Assembly: GCA_964425075.1 (NCBI GenBank)
Contig: CAYRKM010000001.1
Coordinates: 459,060 to 523,059 of the forward strand
Reading direction: 5' to 3'
Source of the DNA: an uncultured Gammaproteobacteria bacterium
Lineage (GTDB): Bacteria; Patescibacteriota; Microgenomatia; Levybacterales; GWA1-39-11
DNA length: 64,000 bases
Shown piece after piece: positions 29,195 through 38,828 of this stretch. The translations under genes and the position numbers were made by a program. The notes under the pieces are model-generated. The model ran no database searches. It was given only the letters and a program-made list of their open reading frames with translations, and was not told the origin of the DNA. Within the stretch, counting starts at the first letter, position 1, and each line of letters opens with the position of its first letter.

Positions 29195-30481
29195 ATGGAT
29201 AACCATATTGAGGAAAGTCTTTATCCTATTACGTTTCGCAAAAAGGATGCTGCTAATTTAGGTCAATATCTTAAAAACAGAAACAGTGTTGTATTGGTTG
29301 GGATGAAGAGAGTGGGAATTAGTAATTTCTTGCGTTTCTTTTTATATCATAAAGGAATTCAGAAAAAATACATAAACGACAATAAGAACCATCTTTTTAT
29401 ACCGGTTGATTTAAATGACCTTGTAGAGCGAGAGCTATATCCTTTTTGGGTGCTAACGTTAAAAAGAATTGAGGATGCGGTGAAGGCTTCTGAAATTCCG
29501 GCGGACGCCAAGCAATATATAGACACGTTATTTTCTGACAGTATTCAATCTAAAGATTTATTTTTAACGATTGATAGCATAAGAAAAAGCTTGCTATACC
29601 TTGTTGAAAAAAATATTATACCTACAATTTTTTTCCTACGATTTGACAGAATGAAAGACGTAGTAACCCCTGAATTTTTTTCAAACCTTCAGGGTTTAAT
29701 TGATGCATGTCACAGGAATTTATCTTTTGTTTTTACGAGTGCAAGAAGTTTGGAGAGTCTTTCTCCTGAAGTTTTTTCAAGAGCTTCCATTTCGGCATTT
29801 GCACGTACTATGTATGTGGCTCCTGGAAGTACTGATGACGCAGAGATCATTTTTGAAAACACTGCAAAGAAGAATAACGTCGCTTTCTCAAAAGAAGAAA
29901 AAAAGAAAATTCTTTCAATTGTGGATGGATATGCTCAGTATTTACAATTCGCACTATCATACCTGTATGAAAAAAAGAAAACTAAAATTGACGAAAAATT
30001 ATTTGATGAGTTGCTTAAAGACGAAAGGATTGCTCTTCAATCTGAGGAGTTATGGGAGAGTTTGTTGGACGAGGAAAAAGAAATTGTATTGAAAGCATTT
30101 GAAAATAAAAAAATTACTTTAGAGGAGAGAGATATAGCGGCATATCTTTGGAATACCGGTATGATGGAGGAAGATGGAAAATTTTTCAGTCCACTTTATG
30201 AAAAATTTATAGAGGAGACCATAAAGACAAAAAAAGTATCCCCTCCCAATATCGAGCTTTCAAAAAAAGAGCACCTACTTTTAACATTGCTTGAAGAGAA
30301 TCGTGGAGCCTTATGTGAGAGGGAGACAATCATCCAGAAAGTTTGGCCAGAGGTAGAAAGTTATGGAGTATCTGATTGGGCAGTGGATAGACTTGTTGCA
30401 AGACTTAGACAAAAGCTCAAGCAAATAGACAACAAATTTGAGATAGTAACTGTTAAGACCAGGGGTTATAAATTACTTTAA
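29195..30481 (+). CDS. transcriptional regulator: N-terminal NTPase-like domain plus C-terminal OmpR/PhoB-type winged helix
   Basis: 428 aa. Degenerate P-loop (VVLVGMKRVGIS). The C-terminal ~100 aa match the trans_reg_C wHTH (LTLLEENRGALCERETI...VDRLVARLRQKL...VKTRGYKL). Confidence 0.55.
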   Translation: MDNHIEESLYPITFRKKDAANLGQYLKNRNSVVLVGMKRVGISNFLRFFLYHKGIQKKYINDNKNHLFIPVDLNDLVERELYPFWVLTLKRIEDAVKASEIPADAKQYIDTLFSDSIQSKDLFLTIDSIRKSLLYLVEKNIIPTIFFLRFDRMKDVVTPEFFSNLQGLIDACHRNLSFVFTSARSLESLSPEVFSRASISAFARTMYVAPGSTDDAEIIFENTAKKNNVAFSKEEKKKILSIVDGYAQYLQFALSYLYEKKKTKIDEKLFDELLKDERIALQSEELWESLLDEEKEIVLKAFENKKITLEERDIAAYLWNTGMMEEDGKFFSPLYEKFIEETIKTKKVSPPNIELSKKEHLLLTLLEENRGALCERETIIQKVWPEVESYGVSDWAVDRLVARLRQKLKQIDNKFEIVTVKTRGYKLL

Positions 30482-32247
30482 TGCAACTCAAATTTCTCTA
30501 GTAATTTTTTATTTCCTTCGATCTGATAGTGCAAAAGATCTGAGTAAATTCCTTTTTCTTTTGCTAATTCATGTGGGGTTCCATAATTTGCAATTTTGCC
30601 TTCATTGACAACAATTATTTTGTCTACATTCTGAATTGTAGAAAATCTGTGGGCAATAATAATAACTAATTTATTTTTCATTAAATTCTCTAATGCCTCC
30701 TGAACTTCTTTTTCAGATTTTGCGTCAAGCGAGGAAGTTGCTTCATCAAGAATTAAGATAGGTGCGTCTTTTAAAATTGCCCGTGCAATTTGAATACGTT
30801 GTTTCTGGCCTCCTGAGAGTCTTATTCCTCTTTCTCCAATTTCGCTTTCAAGTCCTTTTGGAAGCTTTTTAACGAATTCGTATGCGTTTGCCATTTTTAG
30901 TGCTTCTATTATTTCTTTGTCTGTTGCATCAGCTTTTCCGTATACTACATTTTCCTTGATTGTTGACGAGAATAGTTCGTTTTCTTGGAATACAAGGGCA
31001 ATATTATTTCTTACAAATTGGTGTGTAATTTTTTGGTATGGAATATCTTTTAGAAATATTTCACCGCTTGTGGGTTGATATAGTTTAAGAATAAGGTTAA
31101 TTATTGTTGTTTTTCCGGCTCCACTATGCCCAACTAACGCAACCGTTTCATTTGTATTAATTGTAAAGTTGATATTCTCCAGGACTATTTCTGACTCTTC
31201 GTATTTAAATGAAACATTTTTAAATTCAATGTTTGGCTTTTCTATTTTTTCACCTTCCTCTTTTTTTGTAAAATCTTCAACAGACTCAAGATTTAAAAGC
31301 TCTAAGTATTCTTTGCTTCCAACCTCCGCTTGTTGTACCTGCGTAAGGAAGTATGACATTGCAAAAAGCGGTATTCTTGCTTGATTAAACAACTGAAGAA
31401 TCAATACCATTTCACCGATTGTCATTGTTCCAATGAAAGCGCTGTAGAAAACTAGAAAATTAATTGCAAACATAATAATTACTAAGGATAGATTTCGAGC
31501 AAAATCTATTTTGTGATATGTTGTGCTTTGCTTGGCATAAATTTTATTTATCCTTGTAAGATTTTTTGATACAGTATTAAACTCTAGAATTTCATTTGTA
31601 AAGCCCTTAACAAGTCGTATGTTGTTAATTGCTTCTCCCATTCTTCCCCTTGTGTAGTCTTCAAACATGTTTTTTTCGGCTTCGTATTTGCCCCATTTTT
31701 TCGTTGAAATATAAGAAAGAGTGATATAAATGGGGAATAAAATAAATGTAAGTAGTGCAATTGTGGGATTGAAATAAGCAAGTACCGCAACTGTAAATAT
31801 GCTTGAGACAAGCATCGGCATCATCATATTTGATAATTGATTGAGGAATTGATAAATAGTAAAAATACCCCTATTTAGTTGATTAATTATTTTTCCAGAA
31901 ATTTGTGAATCAAAATAACTTTGAGGAAGGCTTAATACTTTTTCATAAAATTTTTCTGTCAAGAATTTTCTTGCTCTCCCCGTAAAATGATCACCTAATC
32001 TATTGGAGATGGAAGTAATAGCTTGAGTGATAAGCTCTGAAGCAAAAGCTAGGACGATGAGAAAAATCAATCGTTGCATGCTTCCATTTTCTCCTTGGAT
32101 TTTTGCAACAATTTCATCAACAATAAATTTTGAAAGGATAGGTGCTCCTAGTTGGAGAGTGGAGGAAAACAAGATAAGTGTTCCTAAAATAAATAACAGT
32201 CCGTGTAGAGGTTTTGACAATTTAATAATTCTCCAAATGTTTTTCAT
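30478..32247 (-). CDS. ABC transporter, fused permease/ATP-binding exporter (MsbA-like)
   Basis: Six-TM N-terminal domain. Walker A GHSGAGKTT, signature LSGGQKQRIQIARAI, Walker B ILILDEATS. Confidence 0.85.
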   Translation of the reverse strand: MKNIWRIIKLSKPLHGLLFILGTLILFSSTLQLGAPILSKFIVDEIVAKIQGENGSMQRLIFLIVLAFASELITQAITSISNRLGDHFTGRARKFLTEKFYEKVLSLPQSYFDSQISGKIINQLNRGIFTIYQFLNQLSNMMMPMLVSSIFTVAVLAYFNPTIALLTFILFPIYITLSYISTKKWGKYEAEKNMFEDYTRGRMGEAINNIRLVKGFTNEILEFNTVSKNLTRINKIYAKQSTTYHKIDFARNLSLVIIMFAINFLVFYSAFIGTMTIGEMVLILQLFNQARIPLFAMSYFLTQVQQAEVGSKEYLELLNLESVEDFTKKEEGEKIEKPNIEFKNVSFKYEESEIVLENINFTINTNETVALVGHSGAGKTTIINLILKLYQPTSGEIFLKDIPYQKITHQFVRNNIALVFQENELFSSTIKENVVYGKADATDKEIIEALKMANAYEFVKKLPKGLESEIGERGIRLSGGQKQRIQIARAILKDAPILILDEATSSLDAKSEKEVQEALENLMKNKLVIIIAHRFSTIQNVDKIIVVNEGKIANYGTPHELAKEKGIYSDLLHYQIEGNKKLLEKFELH

Positions 32248-32323
32248 AGTTTCATCATATCATAGCTCAGGCCAATTTTAGTTCATTTAAATGCTCTTTT
32301 TGAAGTTTGGTGGTGGGAGAGTG

Positions 32324-32929
32324 TTAGTTTTTGCCGACAATAACGATGGCATCAGCTGAACCTGAAGTTAAGGTTGCTGAAGTAGTCCCAATAGTATATG
32401 ACTTTGCTAAATCCTTTTTCAGTAAATCAAGATAAGCTTTTTTGGTAGATTTTACCTGAATTACCGTATTTTCATATTCGAAGTTGTCTGCATTTCCGGT
32501 TCCAGAAACTGTATATCCAAGTCCTTCAAGTGTAGCTTTAGCTTTTGAAGCAGCTCCTGGGACTCCTCCACCATTCTGAACCATAATTGTCAGACTAGAG
32601 CGGTCAAGCCCAGATGCGCTATCAGTATTTGATGACGAGGTTTTGGTTGGAGTAACAGTTGCTTTGGTTGTTGGGGTTGGAGTCTCTTCTTCTGGTGTTG
32701 GAGTAGGTTCTTCAGTTGGTGTTATTTCTTCAGTGGGGGTTGGAGTTACATCTACTAATTCCTGTTCTCCTTTTCCTCCTGTGGCTATCGCAGCAATAAC
32801 AACTAGAAAAGCTAGAATTACAATTCCAAGAACAATCAAAATAACTTTTTTTCTATTTCCACTTGAGCGGCCAGATTCATATACGTAGGAGCGGCGAGAG
32901 CGATTGAGAATTGATTCCTGTTCTTCCAT
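32324..32929 (-). CDS. LytR_C (cell-envelope LytR C-terminal) domain protein
   Basis: N-terminal TM helix, Pro/Thr/Glu-rich linker, and a C-terminal LytR_C-like domain (TIMVQNGGGVPGAASKA...ENTVIQV). Confidence 0.55.
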   Translation of the reverse strand: MEEQESILNRSRRSYVYESGRSSGNRKKVILIVLGIVILAFLVVIAAIATGGKGEQELVDVTPTPTEEITPTEEPTPTPEEETPTPTTKATVTPTKTSSSNTDSASGLDRSSLTIMVQNGGGVPGAASKAKATLEGLGYTVSGTGNADNFEYENTVIQVKSTKKAYLDLLKKDLAKSYTIGTTSATLTSGSADAIVIVGKN

Positions 32930-33072
32930 TGTGCCTAAAGGTGTCCATATAATATCATGAATTATTATTTTTTCAACTATAGATTGTCAAATCAAAACTT
33001 TCTGATTTAAAACTTACCAAATTTAGAGTTGCTCGGAAGAGTTTTTAATAATTCCTGTGATACAATTGGCTC

Positions 33073-34140
33073 ATGAAAAAGGTTATTGGTATCCTTTTTG
33101 TGGTTTTTTTGATTGCGCTTTGTTATTTCCTCTTTTTGGATAGAAAATCCCCCTTTTCGGATAGAATTTCTACTTTAACAACTAACTCTAATAATTATAT
33201 AAATCCATCCGCAAAAAAAACCTATATCTTTATACCTTATTGGACTTTTTCAGACAGTATTGTCTCTGATGATTTTGACTCATTATTGTATTTTGGAGTG
33301 ATGGCAGACGTGAATGGTATCAATAGAGATGACCCTGGTTTTGAAAAAGTTGCTAGCTTTATGGCTAGTACAAAATCAAATAAAGAAAGGATTTTGAGTA
33401 TAAGGATGACTGATGCATCTATTAATTCTGAGATTATAAAAAATCCGTCTATTCAGGGGAAAATTATTGATGATTCAATTGAAATCGCAAAGGAATATGG
33501 ATTCGACGGAATTCTGGTAGATTTTGAAACATCTGCATTTGGTTTTGAAAATACAACAAAAAATATTAGTGATTTTTATTCTCGTTTTTCTGTCAAAGTG
33601 CACGAAAATAAATTATTGTTTTACACTACACTTTTTGGGGATTCTTATTACAGGGCTCGTGCGTATGACATTAAGCATATAGGAAAAATTTCAGATAAAG
33701 TTTTGGTCATGACGTATGATTTTCATAAGTCGCGTGGTAATCCAGGTCCCAATTTTCCCCTGAGGGGAAATGAAAGCTATGGCTATGATTTGGGGGCATT
33801 AATTAAGGATTACCAAAAAGATATAGACAACAAAAAATTGATTATAGTTTTGGGATATTTTGGATATGATTGGCAGATTGATAAAAACAAGGAAGCTATA
33901 TCTAATGGTGTACCTTTGAGTACAAATAAGATACAACAGGATTTCGTTAATTCTTGTGTATATAAAAAATGTTCATTAAAACGCAATAGTGATAAAGAAC
34001 CTTACATTGAATACATAGATACGGAAGGAAAACCTCACGTTGTATGGTTTGAGGATGAAATTTCAATAAAGGAAAAATTAGTAGAACTTTCTAAAAATGG
34101 AATTAACCAAACGGGTTTTTGGGCATACTCCTATTATTAG
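33073..34140 (+). CDS. glycoside hydrolase family 18-like protein
   Basis: Signal/TM segment, YIFIPYW start and GFDGILVDFE (D-G-x-x-x-D-x-E catalytic-type motif). Confidence 0.5.
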   Translation: MKKVIGILFVVFLIALCYFLFLDRKSPFSDRISTLTTNSNNYINPSAKKTYIFIPYWTFSDSIVSDDFDSLLYFGVMADVNGINRDDPGFEKVASFMASTKSNKERILSIRMTDASINSEIIKNPSIQGKIIDDSIEIAKEYGFDGILVDFETSAFGFENTTKNISDFYSRFSVKVHENKLLFYTTLFGDSYYRARAYDIKHIGKISDKVLVMTYDFHKSRGNPGPNFPLRGNESYGYDLGALIKDYQKDIDNKKLIIVLGYFGYDWQIDKNKEAISNGVPLSTNKIQQDFVNSCVYKKCSLKRNSDKEPYIEYIDTEGKPHVVWFEDEISIKEKLVELSKNGINQTGFWAYSYY

Positions 34141-34179
34141 TCTTTAAATTTCAAGATTAACTTTCAGAGAAGATTGTTA

Positions 34180-34215
34180 GTGTAGTGTGCCGGAGAGGGG
34201 AATTCCCCCTCCGGC
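34180..34215. terminator. near-perfect palindromic hairpin between convergent genes
   Basis: gtgccggagagggg-aatt-ccccctccggcac, lying between the stop codons of the 33073 (+) and 34246 (-) genes. Confidence 0.45.
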
Positions 34216-34245
34216 ACAAGATTGTCATCCTGGATTGATCGGTTC

Positions 34246-34965
34246 CTACCGCTTGTTGCCCGTGATTACCCTGGCTCCCGCAACTACCGTCACAGTGGCA
34301 AGAACGAAGAGTAGGGCAACCGCCATGTTCCCGCCCTGATCAGTTGTTCCGGCATTCCCCGTTTTGGGGGGAGCCGGCGTCACCGAAGCCTTCGGCTGCG
34401 GTTGGGTCGTACCCGTTGGCGACGTAATGGTTGGTGAGGGCGTTGCCCCCGTTCCAATCACTACAGTCGCTGTTGGCGTTCCCGTCCGAGTTGGCGTCGC
34501 GGTCGGAGTAGAGGTCGGAGTCGACGTTGGTGTCGAAGTCGGCGTGCTCGTTGGCGTCGCCGTGGGCGTTACAGAAACCACTACCACATCGATGTGGCTG
34601 ATTTCTTGACACTCGCTGCCCGAGAGCAGGCGCGTCACCGTAACTACTTGTGTTCCGATTCCCTCGACCTTGTAGCACCCGTTCTCATAGATGCCGTTTC
34701 CGAGCACGTTGGAATGCTGATTGCCTCCGAACATGCTCGAGCCTGACTTGATGCAGACGCCGCTCACGGTGTTACCGGTCCCGGCATCGTACGTGGCGAC
34801 CGGGTCGCCCTCAATACTCCCAACCACTCCTGTGGTTGTGCCTAGACATGTTGCGGGACTGCCTTGACCGTCGGCCAGGGCAGGCCCTGTTGCCGAGATG
34901 GTAACGTATGCTACCACAGCAGCTACGGCCATGATGGCCAATGCTATGGCAAGGAACTTGTTCAC
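34246..34965 (-). CDS. secreted Cys-containing protein with PT repeats and a C-terminal sorting-signal-like tail, in a ~60% GC island
   Basis: 239 aa with GTG start preceded by GAAGGGAG. Signal peptide, (TPTS)n linker, and a C-terminal PPKTG + hydrophobic helix + RVITGNKR. Local GC is about 60%. Confidence 0.5.
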   Translation of the reverse strand: MNKFLAIALAIMAVAAVVAYVTISATGPALADGQGSPATCLGTTTGVVGSIEGDPVATYDAGTGNTVSGVCIKSGSSMFGGNQHSNVLGNGIYENGCYKVEGIGTQVVTVTRLLSGSECQEISHIDVVVVSVTPTATPTSTPTSTPTSTPTSTPTATPTRTGTPTATVVIGTGATPSPTITSPTGTTQPQPKASVTPAPPKTGNAGTTDQGGNMAVALLFVLATVTVVAGARVITGNKR

Positions 34966-35363
34966 GCTATCTCCCTTCTCTTTGTTTTAGCGTGGTGTCT
35001 ACTTGTTGGCTTATACTTTCCTCCAGGATGTCAATGTGCGTTGATTTCGACCTCATATTCCGATTGCATCCCTGCGTTGGGTGGGTGCTCGAAATCCTCG
35101 AGGCGCTTCACGCCTAACTCTGCGGTCCGTCCCTTGAAGCCTCAAGCGGCTTCTAGATAGACCTAGAGTATGGTATGATTGGGGCAATTATATATAAAAA
35201 TAAGCTCAAAGTCAATATTGTGACGCTTAATCTTAGATCTATATAGTGTATGGATAAAAGGTAAAAATTGTCAGGCATTATATCCTGTAGTTTTTGATTG
35301 CTAGCCTCAGGGCAGTTAATTACACAGCCTCAAAACCAGTTTTTATAAAATGTGGTTTATTTT

Positions 35364-36590
35364 CTATTCTACGCGAGAGATTAGTGGAAGGGAAAATTTT
35401 ACTTCTTTTCGCTTTTTAATCACCCTTTTCTCATCCATTAGACTCGTCCCAAAGTCTATTTTTTTGGCATCAAATAGTGGATAAATTTGTTTGGCTTTTT
35501 TCTCAAGCGGTGGGTTATCAAAGAAAAGCGAAGCCTGTTTTTTTGTATTTTCGCTAAATTCATAAATAGTTGCTCCGGTTGAGCGATACAATACATTTTG
35601 CCTGTATATTTTTTCAAAACCATTTCGAAGTTCCGCGCGTATCATCATAGGATAGGAAGTTGCCTGAGTTAGTTTTATATCTACTGCATGGTGGTGAAAG
35701 TCTTGGGTTTTTAGAAAAAGAGAGATGTGTTTTGCAGCATAATTATAGTTGCGAGCTTTTAAGAAGACATCCTCCACGTGAGACAAGAGTCTTACCCACA
35801 ATATCTCTTTGTCATTTGTTGCAGGAGTTATGGTTTGGGATCTCATGATTGATTTATATGTCCTTTTGGCATCTGGAGTAACGGCATAAACAGGATATCC
35901 ATTTAGCTCCAACCAAATTTCATGGAAGGGTTTGGAGAACTTTTCTTTTATGAACTCCTCTTTTTGTTTTGCAAAATCATATGCTGTATTCATCCCTAAT
36001 TTTTTTAGAAAACTTGTGGTTTGATGTCCAATTCCCCAAACTTTTTCAATTGGAGTTTGCTTCAAGAGCGCATCAATATTTCGTCCTTCAATAACTGTAA
36101 GGCCTGATGGTTTGTGAACATTTGCCGCAATTTTTGCTAAAGACTTTGTGATACTTACGCCAATTGAAACCGTAATTCCAAGAGATGACTCTACTTCTTG
36201 TTTTATTTTTGCTGCAATTTGTGCGTAACTCATGTGAAGAGGGCGGCGCATCCCTTTAAGATCAGCAAATCCTTCATCTATTGAATAGACTTCAACAGAA
36301 GGTGAATAATGTCTCATGACAGCAAACATTTTTTCAGAAAAGAGGTGATAAAGTTTGTAATCACTAACTGCAATTGTTACTTGCGGGAATTCTTTTTTTA
36401 TCTTCCAACATTGCATTCCACGGGTAATACCCAATTTACGAGCCTCATATGAAACTGCTGTTGCAATTCCTCTCTCCCAGCCAGTAACTACAGGTTTTCC
36501 TTTAAGATGTGGATTGACTGCTTGAGTAACAGAGGCAAAAAAAGCGTCGCCGTCTAGATGAAGTATTGCTTCAGGCCATGAGGTGGTCAT
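35364..36590 (-). CDS. dinB: Y-family DNA polymerase IV
   Basis: N-terminal ILHLDGDAFFASVTQ, SIDEGFAD, and the overall UmuC/DinB layout. Lies immediately downstream of lexA. Confidence 0.85.
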   Translation of the reverse strand: MTTSWPEAILHLDGDAFFASVTQAVNPHLKGKPVVTGWERGIATAVSYEARKLGITRGMQCWKIKKEFPQVTIAVSDYKLYHLFSEKMFAVMRHYSPSVEVYSIDEGFADLKGMRRPLHMSYAQIAAKIKQEVESSLGITVSIGVSITKSLAKIAANVHKPSGLTVIEGRNIDALLKQTPIEKVWGIGHQTTSFLKKLGMNTAYDFAKQKEEFIKEKFSKPFHEIWLELNGYPVYAVTPDAKRTYKSIMRSQTITPATNDKEILWVRLLSHVEDVFLKARNYNYAAKHISLFLKTQDFHHHAVDIKLTQATSYPMMIRAELRNGFEKIYRQNVLYRSTGATIYEFSENTKKQASLFFDNPPLEKKAKQIYPLFDAKKIDFGTSLMDEKRVIKKRKEVKFSLPLISRVE

Positions 36591-36649
36591 AATAGAGTTT
36601 GAAAAACCGCCGAGTAAGATTGGAAACGGTTTTGATTATAAGTTTGAGA

Positions 36650-36810
36650 GAGGGCATAATGGTTAAAATTTCTGATTGATCTAATTTCTAATTACTAATT
36701 AAATCCCAATAATCTATTTTCCAGTTTCTAAATTAATATTATGTTTGTTGCTTATTGAATTAATTATTTTTTAGATAAATTAGGTTAATTAGAGTAATTA
36801 GGTCAATTTG
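36650..36810. repeat. cluster of CTAATT/AATTAG heptamer-like repeats (family C, copy 3)
   Basis: tctaatttctaattactaattaaatcc ... aattaggttaattagagtaattaggtcaatt. This is the reverse complement of the arrays at 45747 and 59469. Confidence 0.4.
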
Positions 36811-36817
36811 TTCGTCA

Positions 36818-37378
36818 TCAATACTTCCTGATGACGGACCGTACAATTCCAAAAATCTCAAGTTCTTCTTTAGGGTAAAAATCAGGATAAGAGGGGTTAG
36901 CAGAGCATAAAACTACTTGTCCGTCGACTTTTTCAAAAATTTTCAAAGTCCATTCTCGGTCAATTAGCGCCAAAACCACATCTCCCCTATTTGCATTCCT
37001 TGCTTTTTCAAGAATTACCATGTCATTTTTCATAATTCCTATCTCCTCTAGGGAGTCACCGGCAACTTTTAACATAAAAGAGGAGCTTGGTTTGTCAATC
37101 AAATATTCATCCAAGGAAACAAAATTTAGGTCTTCCTCAGCCCCTGTTGGGAATCCAGCCTTTACATTTCCCAACAGGGGAATTTGAAAGAAGAGTGAGG
37201 CGGGCGCTAACTTCCCACTCACTTTATCTAAATAGCCCTGCTCTACAAATTTGGTAATTATCTTATGAATCGCGTTTTTTGAGGCAAGACCAAAAAGAGT
37301 AAGCATTTCAGAATATGAAGGAAGACGTTTATTTTTTTTATAAAACTTTTGTAATTGCTGCAAGTATTCTGCTTTCAT
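36818..37378 (-). CDS. lexA: LexA repressor
   Basis: N-terminal wHTH and a C-terminal S24 peptidase domain with VAGDSL (Ser) and the Lys of the dyad (LKIFEK), plus the cleavage-site region GNVKAGFP. The tracked ORF begins at 37426; Met17 (37378) is the more likely start. Confidence 0.8.
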   Translation of the reverse strand: MKAEYLQQLQKFYKKNKRLPSYSEMLTLFGLASKNAIHKIITKFVEQGYLDKVSGKLAPASLFFQIPLLGNVKAGFPTGAEEDLNFVSLDEYLIDKPSSSFMLKVAGDSLEEIGIMKNDMVILEKARNANRGDVVLALIDREWTLKIFEKVDGQVVLCSANPSYPDFYPKEELEIFGIVRSVIRKY

Positions 37379-37434
37379 ATGTCCTTCTACTTTCGTTCCG
37401 GCGAAAGTAGCAAAGCCTCTCGTCAATTGTCCCT

Positions 37435-37590
37435 CACGTATTCACCAGTTTCACTCACTCGCTAAAACAACCCGGTTCGCAAGCTCACTTCAGTTGTTTT
37501 TCCTTCGGAACTCTCGTTCACTTACTGTTTCATACGTTCGTTACAAAATGACGAACTAAAAATGCGCTCTTGGTTTCAAATGCAAAAAAA
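37435..37590. repeat. intergenic repeat family A, copy 3 (diverged)
   Basis: gtttcactcactcgc...ctctcgttcacttactgtttcatacgttcgtt...gcgctcttggtttcaaatgcaaaaaaa parallels the 3' half of the 27470 copy (gctctttgtttcaaatgtaaaagagc). Confidence 0.4.
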
Positions 37591-37736
37591 TCTATAGTAA
37601 AAAGTCTTTGCTACGAAATTTCAAAAAGTCTTCTTTATTAAATTCCCGAAGATATCGTTCTAAAAAAGAATGAGGTTTAAATAGATGAAGTAGTTTATTA
37701 AAAAGTAAAGAGTACATACTGCCATATTTATCTTAG

Positions 37737-37752
37737 GTGAACGATTGTTCAC
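37737..37752. promoter_or_regulatory. candidate LexA (Cheo-type) box GTGAAC-N4-GTTCAC
   Basis: GAAC-N4-GTTC dyad with perfect 6-bp arms, lying upstream of lexA and separated from it by repeat A3. Confidence 0.3.
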
Positions 37753-37777
37753 TGTCAATATGACAAACTATAACAAT

Positions 37778-38779
37778 TTATTTTTGGAAATATTCCCACA
37801 CTTTTTGAGACAATTTAGCCTCAAATTCGGCAGCTTTCGATTGAGAGGAAGTTTCCGACATTAATACGATGATATAGTCACCTTTTTTGGAGAAAACTAT
37901 CCCTGCATCATGTTTTACTGCTCCTAGCTCTCCAGTCTTATGTGCAACAACCGTTCCATCAGGTAAATATTTTGGAATTCTATCATTGAGTTGCTGGCGT
38001 TTTAGCACTTCAAGCATTTCTTTAGAAGAGGTTTCGTTTACAAGTTGACCTTTATAAAGCAATTCGTAGTAGTCAGCAATATCTTTTGCAGTCGTACGCG
38101 GAGGACTTCCAGTATTTGAAGCAGTGAGATGATTATCAAGTAAGAATTTCTTAACGTTAGAATTTTTTACGGTGTAGGTAAGAAGGAGCGCTGAATAATT
38201 ATGAGAAATTGTAATCATTCGCTCTAGAGCTTCTCGTACCGTTGTATCAATTGAACCTTCTGTTTCTTCTGCGTCTTCTCCGAGGTCAAATATTCTATTT
38301 AATTCTTCAATACTCATCGAAATATTTTTATCAAGACTTAATTTTCCGTCCTCAATTTGCTGATACACTGTTCCCATGGTCCAGAGTTTATATAAGGAAG
38401 CAGAGTCAAATTTTCTTGTTTCATTCAAGCTATAATCTTCACCCGTTTTTAAATTCTTAATAACCACTGCATATGTACCTTTCTCATTTTGTAAAGAGTC
38501 TTTTATTATCTTCTCAAGCTCTCTTGAGCGAGTAATATTTTTATAAGTTTCAATGGACTTTTCAATTGGTGAGGCAAGCGGGGTTAAAATTGTTGATTCT
38601 ATTGTTCCCTCTTCAGATCCCTGTACTCTTATGAAGGCTAAAAGCATAAGAATGAAAGTAAAAAGAGAAAACAGAAGCAGTTTGGACAATGCGGATAAGC
38701 TCGAGACTAGAATATGTTGATATATAAGCACTATTGCAAAAGTGATAAATCCTACAAGAGGAAGAATGAGCCAACCCAT
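37778..38779 (-). CDS. class A beta-lactamase-like serine hydrolase / penicillin-binding protein
   Basis: TM anchor, S-x-x-K (SASLYK), an SDN-like motif and KTG (AHKTGELG). Confidence 0.55.
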   Translation of the reverse strand: MGWLILPLVGFITFAIVLIYQHILVSSLSALSKLLLFSLFTFILMLLAFIRVQGSEEGTIESTILTPLASPIEKSIETYKNITRSRELEKIIKDSLQNEKGTYAVVIKNLKTGEDYSLNETRKFDSASLYKLWTMGTVYQQIEDGKLSLDKNISMSIEELNRIFDLGEDAEETEGSIDTTVREALERMITISHNYSALLLTYTVKNSNVKKFLLDNHLTASNTGSPPRTTAKDIADYYELLYKGQLVNETSSKEMLEVLKRQQLNDRIPKYLPDGTVVAHKTGELGAVKHDAGIVFSKKGDYIIVLMSETSSQSKAAEFEAKLSQKVWEYFQK

Positions 38780-38828
38780 AAAGCAAATTATATCAGGAGA
38801 TTTAGGAAAAACTTTAAATTCGGTTTCC

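Noticed and set aside
34340-34678. Embedded ORFs (34340..34678 -, 34364..34609 +) within the high-GC island
   Set aside because: High-GC DNA generates long spurious ORFs in all frames. The 239-aa frame, with signal peptide, PT linker and sorting-signal-like tail, is the coherent one.
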